DNA of 32,000 bases, from contig NZ_PQWO01000008.1 of NCBI RefSeq assembly GCF_003231495.1, positions 60,001 to 92,000 on the forward strand. The letters run 5' to 3'. Under the pieces are notes generated by a model, which saw only the letters and a program-made list of their open reading frames with translations, had not been told where the DNA came from and did not search any database. The position numbers and the translations under genes were made by a program. Of this stretch, positions 1 through 9,411 are shown in pieces; within the stretch, counting starts at the first letter, position 1; each line of letters opens with the position of its first letter. The DNA comes from Acaryochloris thomasi RCC1774 (GTDB lineage: Bacteria; Cyanobacteriota; Cyanobacteriia; Thermosynechococcales; Thermosynechococcaceae).

Positions 1-504
1 GGTCAGCTTGAATCTGCCTTTAAAGGTCACCCAGTCATTCGAGCAATGCCGAATACACCAGCAACAGTTGGTGCGGGTATTACGGCTCTAGCAGTCGGTC
101 AGGCTACCAATGATGATCATTTAGAGTTGGCAGAGCATCTGTTTCGGGCTGTCGGTGATGTTGTGATGGTGCCGGATTCAATGATGGATGCGGTGACAGG
201 TTTATCTGGCTCTGGGCCAGCCTATGTTGCGATCGCAATTGAAGCGCTCACAGATGGCGGTGTTGCCGCAGGACTCCCCAGAGCGATTGCGGCTAAACTT
301 GCTTTGCAGACCGTTCAGGGAACGGCAGCTTTGCTGGCTGAATCGGGACTACATACCGCTCAACTCAAGGATCAGGTAACTAGCCCTGGTGGAACAACGA
401 TCGCGGGCGTAAGAGCCTTGGAACAATCAGGATTCAGATCAGCATTGATAGAAGCGGTTCAGGCTGCTTATTTGCGATCGCAAGCCTTAGCCACCCGGAG
501 TTAG
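1..504 (+). CDS. proC: Pyrroline-5-carboxylate reductase, C-terminal part (5' end lies outside the window)
   Basis: The frame is open from nt 1 (GQLESAFKGHPVIRAMPNTPATVGAG...). It contains the ProC-type MPNTPA motif and the C-terminal dimerisation region (VTSPGGTTIAG). Stop at 502-504. Confidence 0.9.
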   Translation, partial: GQLESAFKGHPVIRAMPNTPATVGAGITALAVGQATNDDHLELAEHLFRAVGDVVMVPDSMMDAVTGLSGSGPAYVAIAIEALTDGGVAAGLPRAIAAKLALQTVQGTAALLAESGLHTAQLKDQVTSPGGTTIAGVRALEQSGFRSALIEAVQAAYLRSQALATRS

Positions 505-513
505 GTCACATCC

Positions 514-1461
514 ATGCCGCTTGATGCCCTCTCGGGAATGGCTGCTATCCCCGCAGCCCCCACAGGATTCCACTCTGGCTTTGTAGGACTCATTGGTCGT
601 CCCAACGTCGGCAAATCAACCCTCATGAATCAGTTCGTCGGTCAAAAGGTCGCAATCACCTCGCCCATCGCCCAGACCACACGCAACCGACTCCGTGGGA
701 TTCTCACAACTCCAGATGCACAAGTTATTTTCATCGACACCCCAGGCATCCATAAGCCCCACCACCAACTGGGCAAAATCATCGTCAAAAATGCCCAGAG
801 AGCGATCAACTCCGTCGATGTCGTTTTATTTATGGTCGATAGCTGTAGTCCTCCAGGAGGAGGTGATCGCTACATCTTAGAGCTGTTGACGCAGATCCAA
901 ACGCCAATCGTGCTGGGACTCAACAAAGTAGACCAGCAAGAAAGCCAAAGTGCAGAGCGTTTAGATACCCAGTACCAGACTCTTGCCGACGAGCAGGGCT
1001 GGCCAGTACAGAAATTTTCTGCCCTGACAGCAGAAGGACTAGAAGATCTGCAGGCCGCATTAATTGCACGATTGCCAGCAGGCCCCTACTACTACCCTCC
1101 TGACCTAGTCACCGATCAGCCCGAGCGCTTCATCATGGGCGAACTCATTCGAGAGCAGATTTTACTGCAGACCCGGCAGGAAATTCCTCATTCCGTTGCC
1201 ATCACGATTGATCGCGTTGAAGAAAGCCCGAAAATTACGCGCGTATTGGCTACCATCCACGCCGAACGCCCTTCCCAGAAAGCCATCCTGATTGGCAAAA
1301 AAGGCTCCATGCTCAAAGAGATCGGAAGTGCCGCCCGTCAGCAGATGCAAACCCTGGTGGATGGACAAATTTATCTTGAACTTTATGTTAAGGTTCAGCC
1401 CAAGTGGCGACAGTCCAAGCTGCACTTGGCTGACTTGGGGTATCGTGTGGAAGCAGAGTAG
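514..1461 (+). CDS. era: GTPase Era
   Basis: G1 GRPNVGKST, G3 DTPG and G4 NKVD motifs, followed by a C-terminal KH-like region (VAITIDRVEE...KKGSMLKEIG). 315 aa. Starts 10 nt after the proC stop. Confidence 0.93.
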   Translation: MPLDALSGMAAIPAAPTGFHSGFVGLIGRPNVGKSTLMNQFVGQKVAITSPIAQTTRNRLRGILTTPDAQVIFIDTPGIHKPHHQLGKIIVKNAQRAINSVDVVLFMVDSCSPPGGGDRYILELLTQIQTPIVLGLNKVDQQESQSAERLDTQYQTLADEQGWPVQKFSALTAEGLEDLQAALIARLPAGPYYYPPDLVTDQPERFIMGELIREQILLQTRQEIPHSVAITIDRVEESPKITRVLATIHAERPSQKAILIGKKGSMLKEIGSAARQQMQTLVDGQIYLELYVKVQPKWRQSKLHLADLGYRVEAE

Positions 1462-1471
1462 GGAATAGGTT

Positions 1472-2956
1472 TTGGACATTCAAACGCCCACCTGGGTGAA
1501 GCATGCCGTTTTTTATCAGATTTTTCCAGACCGACTTGCCCGAGGGTCAGAAGTAGCTCAGCATCGCTGGACTGCCAATTGGGAAGACTGGCACGCCCCT
1601 CCTACGCTGCAGGGGTATAAAGGCGGCGATCTTTGGGGCGTGATTGAAACACTAGACTACCTCCAAGATCTAGGTATCACCGCACTATATTTGACCCCCA
1701 TTTTTCAGTCAGCCTGCAATCATCGCTACCATACCCACGACTACTATCAAGTTGATCCGATCCTGGGCGGCAACGTTGCCCTCAAAGCCCTCCTTGATGC
1801 GGCCCATGATCGTCAGCTCAAAGTTGTTCTTGATGGCGTCTTTAACCACGCCAGCCGAGGATTTTACTTCTTCAGCGACATTTTAGAGAACGGTCCCAAC
1901 TCCCCTTGGGTAGACTGGTTCCGTATTGATAAGTGGCCACTTTCAGCCTACGACGGCTCACTACCCGCAAACTACAAAAGCTGGATCGATAATCGAGCCT
2001 TGCCAACGTTCAACCATGACAACCCCCAAGTGCGTGAATATATCATGCAGGTGGGAGAATACTGGATTGAGTTTGGGATTGATGGCTGGCGCTTAGATGT
2101 GCCCTTTGAAGTCAAGACCCCTGGCTTTTGGCAAGAATTTCGCGATCGCATCAAAGCTCTTAACTCCGAGGCCTACATTGTTGGCGAAGTCTGGCAAGAT
2201 GCCCGTCAGTGGCTAGACGGTACCCAGTTTGACGGGGTCATGAATTATCTATTCACAGGCCCCACCATTGCATTTACCGGTGGAGATCGAGTCGAGAAGC
2301 GGTATGTTGAAGCTCCTGACTACACAGCAGTTCCCTCCCTTTCAGCCGCAGAATACGGCCACAAAATCCAAGAGCTGCTCATTCTCTATCCCTGGGAAAT
2401 TCAACTCACACAGCTTAATTCCCTAGCAAGTCACGATACAGCTCGCTTGCTCACCATTGCCGGGGAAGATAAAGCAACAGTCAAGCTCGCAACACTCCTC
2501 CTACTCACCTTCCCCGGCGCACCCTGCATTTACTACGGCGATGAAGTGGGTTTACCGGGTGGTTTAGATCCTGACAGCCGCCGCAGTTTTCCTGAACCAG
2601 CCGATTGGGATCGTGATCTATTAGAACAGCACCGTCAGCTTATTGCACTACGGCATCAATATCCGGCATTGAGAATTGGTCGGTATCAGCTCCTGCAAAC
2701 AGATGGAGACATCTACGTCTTTGCTCGCATTTTAGAAGCAGAAGCTCTCATCGTTGCCGTCAATATAGGACCAGAAACAGCAACAACAACAATAGGCTTA
2801 ACACCCTTAGGAGAGGGCATCTGTCCCAACAAAATCGTGTACGGTCAGGTCCAAGTGGAAGAGTCTAAAGACGAGCGGATGGAGTGGTCAGAACAAAAAC
2901 TAATCCTGAGAATTCCGGCCCGGAGTGGTTGCGTCTTGGCAGCGGACTCAGCCTAA
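1472..2956 (+). CDS. Glycoside hydrolase family 13 (alpha-amylase superfamily, neopullulanase/maltodextrin-glucosidase-like)
   Basis: Shows the four GH13 conserved regions: DGVFNH, GWRLDVPFE, GEVW and LASHDTAR. The N-terminus AVFYQIFPDRLARG is typical of the family. TTG start at 1472. Confidence 0.85.
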   Translation: MDIQTPTWVKHAVFYQIFPDRLARGSEVAQHRWTANWEDWHAPPTLQGYKGGDLWGVIETLDYLQDLGITALYLTPIFQSACNHRYHTHDYYQVDPILGGNVALKALLDAAHDRQLKVVLDGVFNHASRGFYFFSDILENGPNSPWVDWFRIDKWPLSAYDGSLPANYKSWIDNRALPTFNHDNPQVREYIMQVGEYWIEFGIDGWRLDVPFEVKTPGFWQEFRDRIKALNSEAYIVGEVWQDARQWLDGTQFDGVMNYLFTGPTIAFTGGDRVEKRYVEAPDYTAVPSLSAAEYGHKIQELLILYPWEIQLTQLNSLASHDTARLLTIAGEDKATVKLATLLLLTFPGAPCIYYGDEVGLPGGLDPDSRRSFPEPADWDRDLLEQHRQLIALRHQYPALRIGRYQLLQTDGDIYVFARILEAEALIVAVNIGPETATTTIGLTPLGEGICPNKIVYGQVQVEESKDERMEWSEQKLILRIPARSGCVLAADSA

Positions 2957-3043
2957 CCCCAGAGACTTTTTAGCCAAAGCTCATAGACTTTTGCTATACG
3001 TATAGGAAGCTATTGATTGGCTACTCAAAATCACAATCACAAC

Positions 3044-3538
3044 ATGAAAAGAAGAGACTTCATTTTGGGAGCGACCTCCTTAGGAGTCATCCCCCTAACA
3101 CAGAATTTGCTGGAGAAACCCACCACTATGGCTGCATCACAAGAAACATTCGCCGTCAACAAAACAGAGGCCGAATGGCAGGAAGCGCTTACACCTGAGC
3201 AGTTTCGAGTTTTACGCAAGCACGGGACTGAGCGCGCAGGCACTAGCCCTCTGGACAAAAACTATTCAGAAGGCACCTACGACTGTGCCGCTTGTGGTCA
3301 GCCTTTATTTACTTCAGAGACAAAATTCAACAGCGGTACAGGTTGGCCCAGCTTTTATGATCCAATTGAGGGTGCTGTGGCAACGACAAGCGATCGCTCT
3401 CTGTTTATGGTGCGAACAGAAGTTCACTGCAGCAACTGTGGCGGACATCTCGGCCATGTCTTTAATGATGGCCCAGCGCCAACGGGCCAGCGCTACTGTA
3501 TGAACGGTGTTTCGCTAGAGTTTGAGCCTGAAGCATAG
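3044..3538 (+). CDS. msrB: Peptide-methionine (R)-S-oxide reductase MsrB with an N-terminal twin-arginine (Tat) signal peptide
   Basis: Two CxxC zinc motifs (CAACGQ, CSNCGG), the catalytic RYCMNG motif and GTGWPSF. The N-terminus [18 protein letters not shown] fits the Tat consensus. I prefer the ATG at 3044 over the TTG at 3017. Confidence 0.9.
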   Translation: MKRRDFILGATSLGVIPLTQNLLEKPTTMAASQETFAVNKTEAEWQEALTPEQFRVLRKHGTERAGTSPLDKNYSEGTYDCAACGQPLFTSETKFNSGTGWPSFYDPIEGAVATTSDRSLFMVRTEVHCSNCGGHLGHVFNDGPAPTGQRYCMNGVSLEFEPEA

Positions 3539-3658
3539 GTAGTCGAAATCAGGGAGCTTCTCGATTGAGCGCTCCCGGTCCTGCAGCCTTGCTGAATCCT
3601 GGCTAGGTAAACCTCTCCATTCATACTTTGGAGACGCTGAAATAAAGCTTGGTGATCA

Positions 3659-4066
3659 TCAGTTGAGTTGGTTAAAACGTTTACGTAGCTCTTCAACGCG
3701 AGTACGGTTCGCTCCCAAGTCTGACTGGCCGAGTCGAGAAGCGGAGCGAATATGGATGATTGACTTCTCTGGCGGTAGATAGCACTCTAAATCATCGACA
3801 AATCCCATCAGCTTACTGGTGAACTCAGCATGCAGATAGTCATCTGTTTCTGTGATCAGGTGGGTCTCTTCCATCGCCTCAATCACCTGTTTTAGCTTTG
3901 CCAATGCCTCTGCAGAACTACCGCCGTAGGTCATTGCCGCGACATGGTGGGCCGTATCTGAAGCTTGACTACTAACACAGTTGGGTGAATCAGGACAGGC
4001 AGCAAGTTTTCCATCCGTGATGCCGAGAGTCTTGGGGCGCTGACCAGAAAACGAAAAAATAGGCAT
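3659..4066 (-). CDS. DUF1499 domain protein
   Basis: MPIFSFSGQRPKTLGITDGKLAACPDSPNCVSSQ... resembles the DUF1499 family. The internal ATG at 4066 follows GGAGGA on the minus strand. The longer ORF reaching 4108 is probably an over-extension. Confidence 0.7.
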   Translation of the reverse strand: MPIFSFSGQRPKTLGITDGKLAACPDSPNCVSSQASDTAHHVAAMTYGGSSAEALAKLKQVIEAMEETHLITETDDYLHAEFTSKLMGFVDDLECYLPPEKSIIHIRSASRLGQSDLGANRTRVEELRKRFNQLN

Positions 4067-4163
4067 AGGAGTCCTCCAGATAGACACACGCTTCTGTTGT
4101 AAACACACAGAAACGAGGAGATAGTCCTATGGTTGCCTATTTTTGTCAGCTCAGACGATAGCC

Positions 4164-5273
4164 TTATTTCTTCTTATCTTTGGCCTTAGACTCAACTTTC
4201 TCTTCAGCTTCAGACTCTTGCTCAGGCTTGGCCTGCTTGCTAGGAGCAACTGAATTGGCTGAGACCTCTGCACCTTGGGCCAGTTTTTCTCGCACTAACT
4301 TTGTGATGTCACTGGCAAACTCAGGGGTATCTTCCATGAACTTGACGGTTTTATCACGGCCTTGGGCAATGTTCTCACCGTTGTAGCTATACCAGGCACC
4401 TTTGCGGACAATCACGTCCATTTCTTCAGCCATATCCAAGACGCAGCCTAAGGTGGAAATGCCATGACCGAAAATGATGTCAAACTCGCCAATGCGAAAC
4501 GGGGGAGCAATTTTGTTTTTAACGACTTTTACCTTAGCTCTAATCCCGAATTCTTCTGCGCCCTTTTTGAGGGTTTGAATCCGTCGGATATCGAGACGCA
4601 CGGAGGCATAAAACTTGAGGGCATTACCTCCGGTGGTAACTTCTGGGTTGCCGTAGGTGACACCTATCTTCTGGCGAAGCTGATTGAGGAAGACCACGGT
4701 ACAGCCAGTGCGACCAATGTTGCCGGTAATCTTCCGTAGGGCTTGACTCATAAGACGGGCCTGGAGGCCCATATGAGAATCGCCCATTTCGCCTTCGATT
4801 TCAGCGCGCGGGACAAGGGCTGCCACAGAGTCAATGACGACAACATCAACGGCGGTGGAGCGGACGAGCTGATCGACAATTTCTAGAGCTGACTCCCCTG
4901 TATCGGGCTGGGCCACCAGTAAATTTTCGATATCAACCCCAACAGCGGCTGCGTAGGTCGGATCAAGGGCATGTTCGGCATCAACAAAAGCGGCAACGCC
5001 ACCTATTTTCTGCACTTCAGCAATGGCGTGGAGGGCCAAGGTTGTTTTACCCGAGCTTTCTGGACCATAAATTTCGATCACTCGTCCCTTAGGTAGGCCA
5101 CCCCCCAGAGCAATATCGAGCGTTAAGGCTCCACTGGAAATAGTTTCTACTTTCATGCGGCCCGCATCCCCAAGGCGCATGATCGATCCCTTGCCAAAGG
5201 TGCGTTCAATTTGGTTAAGGACGACGCCTAGTGCCTTGTCTTTTTCGGAGCTGGATGATTTATCGGAAGCCAT
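4164..5273 (-). CDS. recA: Recombinase RecA
   Basis: Walker [10 protein letters not shown] plus full-length RecA-type sequence ([23 protein letters not shown]...). The likely start is MASDK at 5273; the 399-aa ORF reaching 5363 adds 30 non-RecA residues. There is a Lys/Glu-rich C-terminal tail. Confidence 0.95.
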   Translation of the reverse strand: MASDKSSSSEKDKALGVVLNQIERTFGKGSIMRLGDAGRMKVETISSGALTLDIALGGGLPKGRVIEIYGPESSGKTTLALHAIAEVQKIGGVAAFVDAEHALDPTYAAAVGVDIENLLVAQPDTGESALEIVDQLVRSTAVDVVVIDSVAALVPRAEIEGEMGDSHMGLQARLMSQALRKITGNIGRTGCTVVFLNQLRQKIGVTYGNPEVTTGGNALKFYASVRLDIRRIQTLKKGAEEFGIRAKVKVVKNKIAPPFRIGEFDIIFGHGISTLGCVLDMAEEMDVIVRKGAWYSYNGENIAQGRDKTVKFMEDTPEFASDITKLVREKLAQGAEVSANSVAPSKQAKPEQESEAEEKVESKAKDKKK

Positions 5274-5930
5274 TGCACCTCGTGGGGGAACTAGTTTTTC
5301 ATTGTAGGTGAGATCCGCCAGCCTTCCTCCCCTCACAAATCCTTTTCGAGAGGCAAGATCCATCAGCTCTAATATGCCGTTGGATCTCCCTCAGTACTCT
5401 ATGGACGATCAACGCTGGGAGTCTTACAAAGAGATTGGCTACAGTCAGGAGCTAGCCGACTCCAATCGCGAGGCAGAAGGATTTTAGGGCGTCTGCCAAT
5501 ACGGGAAACCCTTTGAAGCCGATGCCGCCAAAAGGCTGGTGGCCGACCGCGATCATGGAGTGGTTGATTTTGGGGCTGGTCACTCTGTATATGAAGATCC
5601 GAGGTTGTTGGAGTCGGTACGGCAGGTTCTGGCCCCCTAGCCTAATGTGATTCTGTTGCTTCCGTCTCCTGACTTGGAGGAATCTATTGCGATCTTGCAT
5701 GAGAGGAATGGGCAGACATCAGAGGACCAACGCTGCATAAGTAAACATTTTTTGAAGCATCCCTCGAATTCCAACTTAGCGAAGTACGCAGTGTATACAA
5801 AACTCAAAACGCCTGCTGAACCTGCCAGGAGATTTGTGCAGCTTGTGAGCCTGAAATAGGCGTCGTTGGGACAAATCAGCCAAAGGCGCTAAGCTGTAAC
5901 CGTGAGTATTTTTCCTCACATACGTTGCCC

Positions 5931-7184
5931 ATGACTTCTGGCTCTCCTAATTTACTGGTGCCGCCCACTGTTATCTCTGTGGGTGGGTTAACCAGCTACA
6001 TACAGACCTTGTTAGAAGAGGATCAAGAACTGATCCAGGTGTGGATAACAGGGGAAGTTTCGAGTGCCAATCCCCACCGGAGCGGTATCTTTTTCACGCT
6101 GCAGGATCCTGATGTGGCTGCAACGCTTCACTGCGTCGCCTGGAAGTCTTACCGCGACAAGCTGGTGATTCAGCCGGAGCCTGGGGAACAGGTGATTGTG
6201 CTGGGTCGGATTCGCCTGCATCCAAAGCGAGGTGAGTATCAGCTTATGGTGTGGCAGGTGCTACCTGCTGGAGAAGGGTTGAGATCGCTTCGTTACCGTC
6301 AGCTCCGTGATCGCCTCTCGTCCGAAGGTCTATTTGATCCTGAACATAAGCTTCCGCTGCCCAAATATCCGCAAACCATTGCGGTGGTTACATCACCTCA
6401 AGCTGCAGCCTGGGGTGATATTAAACGGACGCTCAAGTTTCGGCACCCAGGGATGCGGGTATTGCTTTCGCCGGCTAATGTTCAGGGAGAATTGGCACCG
6501 GATGCGATCGCAACTGCCATTCGCAGAGTTGAGAAAGACGGACGCGCAGACGTCTTGGTCTTGTCACGGGGCGGCGGTGCCTCAGAAGATATGGCCTGCT
6601 TCAACGATGAGCGGGTGGTCCGAGCCATCAGCGACTGCTCCATCCCAGTCATCTCAGGAATTGGACACCAGCGTGATGAATCGCTAGCAGATCTAACGGC
6701 GGATGCCTATGCCCACACCCCTACAGCCGCCGCAGAATTAGCAGTGCCCCGCCTGAGCGATCTCCAGGCTAATCACGAAGAGCATATTGTGCAGCTATAC
6801 GTGACCATCACCCGCAAGCTCGATCAGGTTCAAGATCAGCTACAAACTCAAAAAAAGCGACTCCATCGCCTCGGCCTAGACCGGCAGCTTGAGCGAGATA
6901 AAGCAGCCGTGCAGCAGCTCAAGCAGCAGCTGGGTCGCGCGGTGCAGCGGCGACTGCTCGCATACCAAAAACATCATCAGCTTTTACAGCAAAAGCTCGT
7001 AGCGCTGGATCCGACCGCAGTCCTTCAGCGAGGATATGCCGTAGTTAGGGCCTCTGACCGAACGATTGTGCGCCAGTCCGATGAAATCGAGGTGGGTCAG
7101 ATGCTGAATGTACAGTTTTCCAACGGGCTAGCAACAGTCCAGGTCACCGAACTTGAGTCCTCTACCGGGTCATCTGATGTCTAA
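5931..7184 (+). CDS. xseA: Exodeoxyribonuclease VII large subunit
   Basis: N-terminal OB-fold region (VWITGEVSSANPHRSGIFFTLQD), a catalytic core (VLSRGGGASEDMACFNDE, SGIGHQRD) and a C-terminal coiled coil. ATG at 5931; a TTG at 5925 is also possible. Confidence 0.9.
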   Translation: MTSGSPNLLVPPTVISVGGLTSYIQTLLEEDQELIQVWITGEVSSANPHRSGIFFTLQDPDVAATLHCVAWKSYRDKLVIQPEPGEQVIVLGRIRLHPKRGEYQLMVWQVLPAGEGLRSLRYRQLRDRLSSEGLFDPEHKLPLPKYPQTIAVVTSPQAAAWGDIKRTLKFRHPGMRVLLSPANVQGELAPDAIATAIRRVEKDGRADVLVLSRGGGASEDMACFNDERVVRAISDCSIPVISGIGHQRDESLADLTADAYAHTPTAAAELAVPRLSDLQANHEEHIVQLYVTITRKLDQVQDQLQTQKKRLHRLGLDRQLERDKAAVQQLKQQLGRAVQRRLLAYQKHHQLLQQKLVALDPTAVLQRGYAVVRASDRTIVRQSDEIEVGQMLNVQFSNGLATVQVTELESSTGSSDV

Positions 7185-7425
7185 CTCTGAGCCATACACT
7201 GACGTGACGACCCTGCCTGCCGATTGGCGATATGAACAAACGGTGGCTGAAATTGAGACGATCATTAATCAAATCGAAGCGGGAGACCTCGATTTAGCGG
7301 ATGTCTTTGAGCAATTCACGCAGGCAGTAACCTACCTACAGCAGTGCGAAGCCTTCCTCGGAGATCGCCAAGGGCAGCTTGATCTGCTGCTTGAACAGTT
7401 GGGCGATCCCTCGGATCTAGGATAG
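7177..7425 (+). CDS. xseB: Exodeoxyribonuclease VII small subunit
   Basis: YEQTVAEIETIINQIEAGDLDLADVFEQFTQAVTYLQQCEAFL is the typical XseB helical hairpin. The ATG at 7177 overlaps the xseA stop (ATGTCTAA), which suggests translational coupling. Confidence 0.85.
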   Translation: MSNSEPYTDVTTLPADWRYEQTVAEIETIINQIEAGDLDLADVFEQFTQAVTYLQQCEAFLGDRQGQLDLLLEQLGDPSDLG

Positions 7426-7490
7426 ACCGGCATAAGTTACATCAGTACGGGACAATGAAGAGTCAATCCCTCTTAGAGCAGTAAGACCCC

Positions 7491-8957
7491 ATGTCCTCAT
7501 CCCACGGTCTGAACCCAACAGCGCGTTCTGAATACGAGCGACCGCTGAGCTTTTGGACAAAGATGGCCTTCGGGGCCGGAGATCTCGGACCGGCCATGAG
7601 CGCCAATATCATCATCTTTTTCCAGTTGGTGTTCTTAACTAATGTGGCCGGTATTCCAGCGGGGTTGGCAGGCAGCATTCTGCTAGTGAGCAAAATTTGG
7701 GATGCCGTCAATGACCCCATCGTGGGCGTCTTAACTGACAAAACTCGGTCAAAGCGCTGGGGGCGGCGCTTACCCTGGCTGCTCTACGGAGCGCTCCCTT
7801 TCGGACTCTTTTCGTTCTTGCTTTGGATTGTGCCTCGCGTAGGCGGAGAGCTACCCAGTGTCTGGCTGTTGTTGACCTACTACATCATTGTTGGCGCGAT
7901 TGGTCAGGTCTTCTATACCGTTGTAAATCTGCCCTACACGGCCATGACCCCTGAGCTGACTCAGGACTATGACGAACGGACACAGCTCAACAGCTTTCGA
8001 TTTGCCTTCTCTATTGGAGGCAGTATTCTGTCACTCATTTTGGCGCAGATTATTTTCTTGCAAATTCCAGAAGAACAGCGGGAGCTTCAGTATCTGGTGC
8101 TGGCGGGTTTGACCAGTGCGATCGCAACTCTCGCTCTCTACTGGTGCGTTCTAGGAACCCGAAAGCGAGCCTTAGTCTTTGAAGCACAGCGGATTCAAGA
8201 TAGCTCAGAAGAAGCGATCCCCCTCCTACAGCAATTCAAACTGGCCCTTGGCAACCGTCCATTTTTGTTTGTGATTGGGATTTATCTTTGCTCCTGGCTA
8301 GCAGTTCAGATTACCGCCAGCATCATCCCTTACTTCGTTGTTAACGTGATGCAGCTCAAGCAGGCCGAAGTTCCGCCAGTTCTCATCGGTGTGCAGGGGA
8401 CGGCTCTAGTGATGCTGTTCGTGTGGGGGTTTCTCAGCAAAATTTGGGGCAAGAAAGCCGTTTATTTTATGGGCATGAGCCTGTGGATTATTGCCCAAAT
8501 TGGACTCTTTTTCCTACAGCCGGGCCAGATCGGACTGATGTATATCCTCGCGGTGATGGCTGGAGTCGGCGTCTCAACGGCTTATCTGGTGCCCTGGTCT
8601 ATGATCCCAGACGTGATTGAGCTGGACGAACTGCAAACCGGGCAGCGTCGAGAGGGTGTGTTCTATGGCTTTATGGTTCTGCTACAGAAATTTGGATTAG
8701 CTCTAGGGCTGTTCCTCGTAGGACTAGGCTTACAAAGTGCTGGTTTTCTAGAAGCTGCGGCTGGGGAACCTTTACCCGTGCAGCCAGCGTCTGCTGTTCA
8801 GGCGATTCGCCTAGCAATTGGCCCCTTGCCCACATTGGCACTGATTGCGGGGTTGGTCCTGACCTATTACTACCCTATTAGCCGGGACGTTCATGCTGAG
8901 ATTTTGCTAAAGCTGCGAGAGAGGCGCCTGAGCAGCGATCAAAAGCCACAGGAATAG
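7491..8957 (+). CDS. MFS transporter, glycoside-pentoside-hexuronide (GPH):cation symporter family
   Basis: About 12 hydrophobic segments. Carries the GPH signature near the N-terminus: KIWDAVNDPIVGVLTDKTRSKRWGRRLPWLL. Confidence 0.85.
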   Translation: MSSSHGLNPTARSEYERPLSFWTKMAFGAGDLGPAMSANIIIFFQLVFLTNVAGIPAGLAGSILLVSKIWDAVNDPIVGVLTDKTRSKRWGRRLPWLLYGALPFGLFSFLLWIVPRVGGELPSVWLLLTYYIIVGAIGQVFYTVVNLPYTAMTPELTQDYDERTQLNSFRFAFSIGGSILSLILAQIIFLQIPEEQRELQYLVLAGLTSAIATLALYWCVLGTRKRALVFEAQRIQDSSEEAIPLLQQFKLALGNRPFLFVIGIYLCSWLAVQITASIIPYFVVNVMQLKQAEVPPVLIGVQGTALVMLFVWGFLSKIWGKKAVYFMGMSLWIIAQIGLFFLQPGQIGLMYILAVMAGVGVSTAYLVPWSMIPDVIELDELQTGQRREGVFYGFMVLLQKFGLALGLFLVGLGLQSAGFLEAAAGEPLPVQPASAVQAIRLAIGPLPTLALIAGLVLTYYYPISRDVHAEILLKLRERRLSSDQKPQE

Positions 8958-9002
8958 CCTGTTTATGAGAAAGGCATCACTCTATGTAAAGATTGCATAT
9001 TT

Positions 9003-9044
9003 GTATTAAGAAATACTTCTTAATATTGCTAATGTTGTTAACTT
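9003..9044 (+). promoter_or_regulatory. Candidate NtcA-type promoter (GTA-N8-TAC, 22-nt spacer, TAN3T -10 box)
   Basis: GTAttaagaaaTAC at 9003-9016, then exactly 22 nt, then TAACTT at 9039-9044. It lies in an ORF-free AT-rich gap and overlaps a 9-bp inverted repeat (9004-9012 / 9017-9025). This is pattern match only. Confidence 0.3.
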
Positions 9045-9411
9045 GTGCATTGTAAATTGCTTTTGCAAGCTATCTGGGAGGAATAGATTGATGCCTTCAA
9101 CGTTTGGCAAATCTGCAAACTAATATCCAAGTCGTTCATGCGTAGGCCCTTGGAACCTTAGCACCTATGCTTCATCCTCGACTGCACTTCTCTCCCATTG
9201 ATTGTCTAGTTTTTAATTTATGTCGATATGGCTCAGCTGCGGGAAGACCGGTAGCGTCCCCACTGATGCCGATATTTTGATAAATCCTGATTAATTTTTT
9301 CGTATGGCTTCAGTTAAGTACTGGGGGCTGGTGTATCTACGTGATTTTGTATGGCCGCTGGCATGAAGCGCCTACAGAGCACCGCTAGCCCTCCTATTGG
9401 AGAGTATTCTC

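Noticed and set aside
1162-1479. 105-aa ORF antisense to era. Similar long alternative-frame or antisense ORFs lie inside recA (4180-4386, 4464-4739), xseA (6012-6221, 6307-6687), dapL (20472-20717, 20500-20928, 20819-21001, 20963-21199), the CHAT gene (24176-24671, 25240-25506), dprA (26417-26620, 26459-26779, 26842-27036) and trkH (30074-30467).
   Set aside because: Each is fully embedded in a gene with strong family signatures on the other strand or frame. None matches a recognisable family, and all have skewed Arg/Ser/Pro-rich composition typical of off-frame translation.
2994-3005. Perfect 12-nt palindrome CTATACGTATAG just upstream of msrB, as a possible operator.
   Set aside because: It is short, AT-rich and isolated. 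I recognise no known motif and cannot distinguish it from chance without comparative data.
4067-5363. N-terminal extensions in the ORF track for DUF1499 (to 4108) and recA (to 5363). The remA-like gene (to 16827) and def (to 27718) show the same thing.
   Set aside because: The extensions add residues absent from the respective families. Internal ATG codons coincide with the family N-termini, and for DUF1499 a GGAGGA precedes the internal ATG. I therefore used the shorter coordinates.
5393-5630. LexA-box-like sequences upstream of recA: AGTACTCTATGGACG (5393-5407) and GGTACGGCAGGTTCT (5616-5630).
   Set aside because: Compared with the cyanobacterial LexA box as I recall it (RGTAC-N3-DGTWCB), the first lacks the second half-site. 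The second has a 4-nt rather than 3-nt spacer and lies more than 340 nt from the recA start. Neither qualifies as a match.
5452-5859. Two mutually overlapping ORFs (82 aa minus, 70 aa plus) in the recA-xseA spacer.
   Set aside because: No family resemblance, unusual Arg/Gln-rich composition, no convincing ribosome-binding sites, and they overlap each other. The region is kept only as a possibly non-coding feature in the findings.
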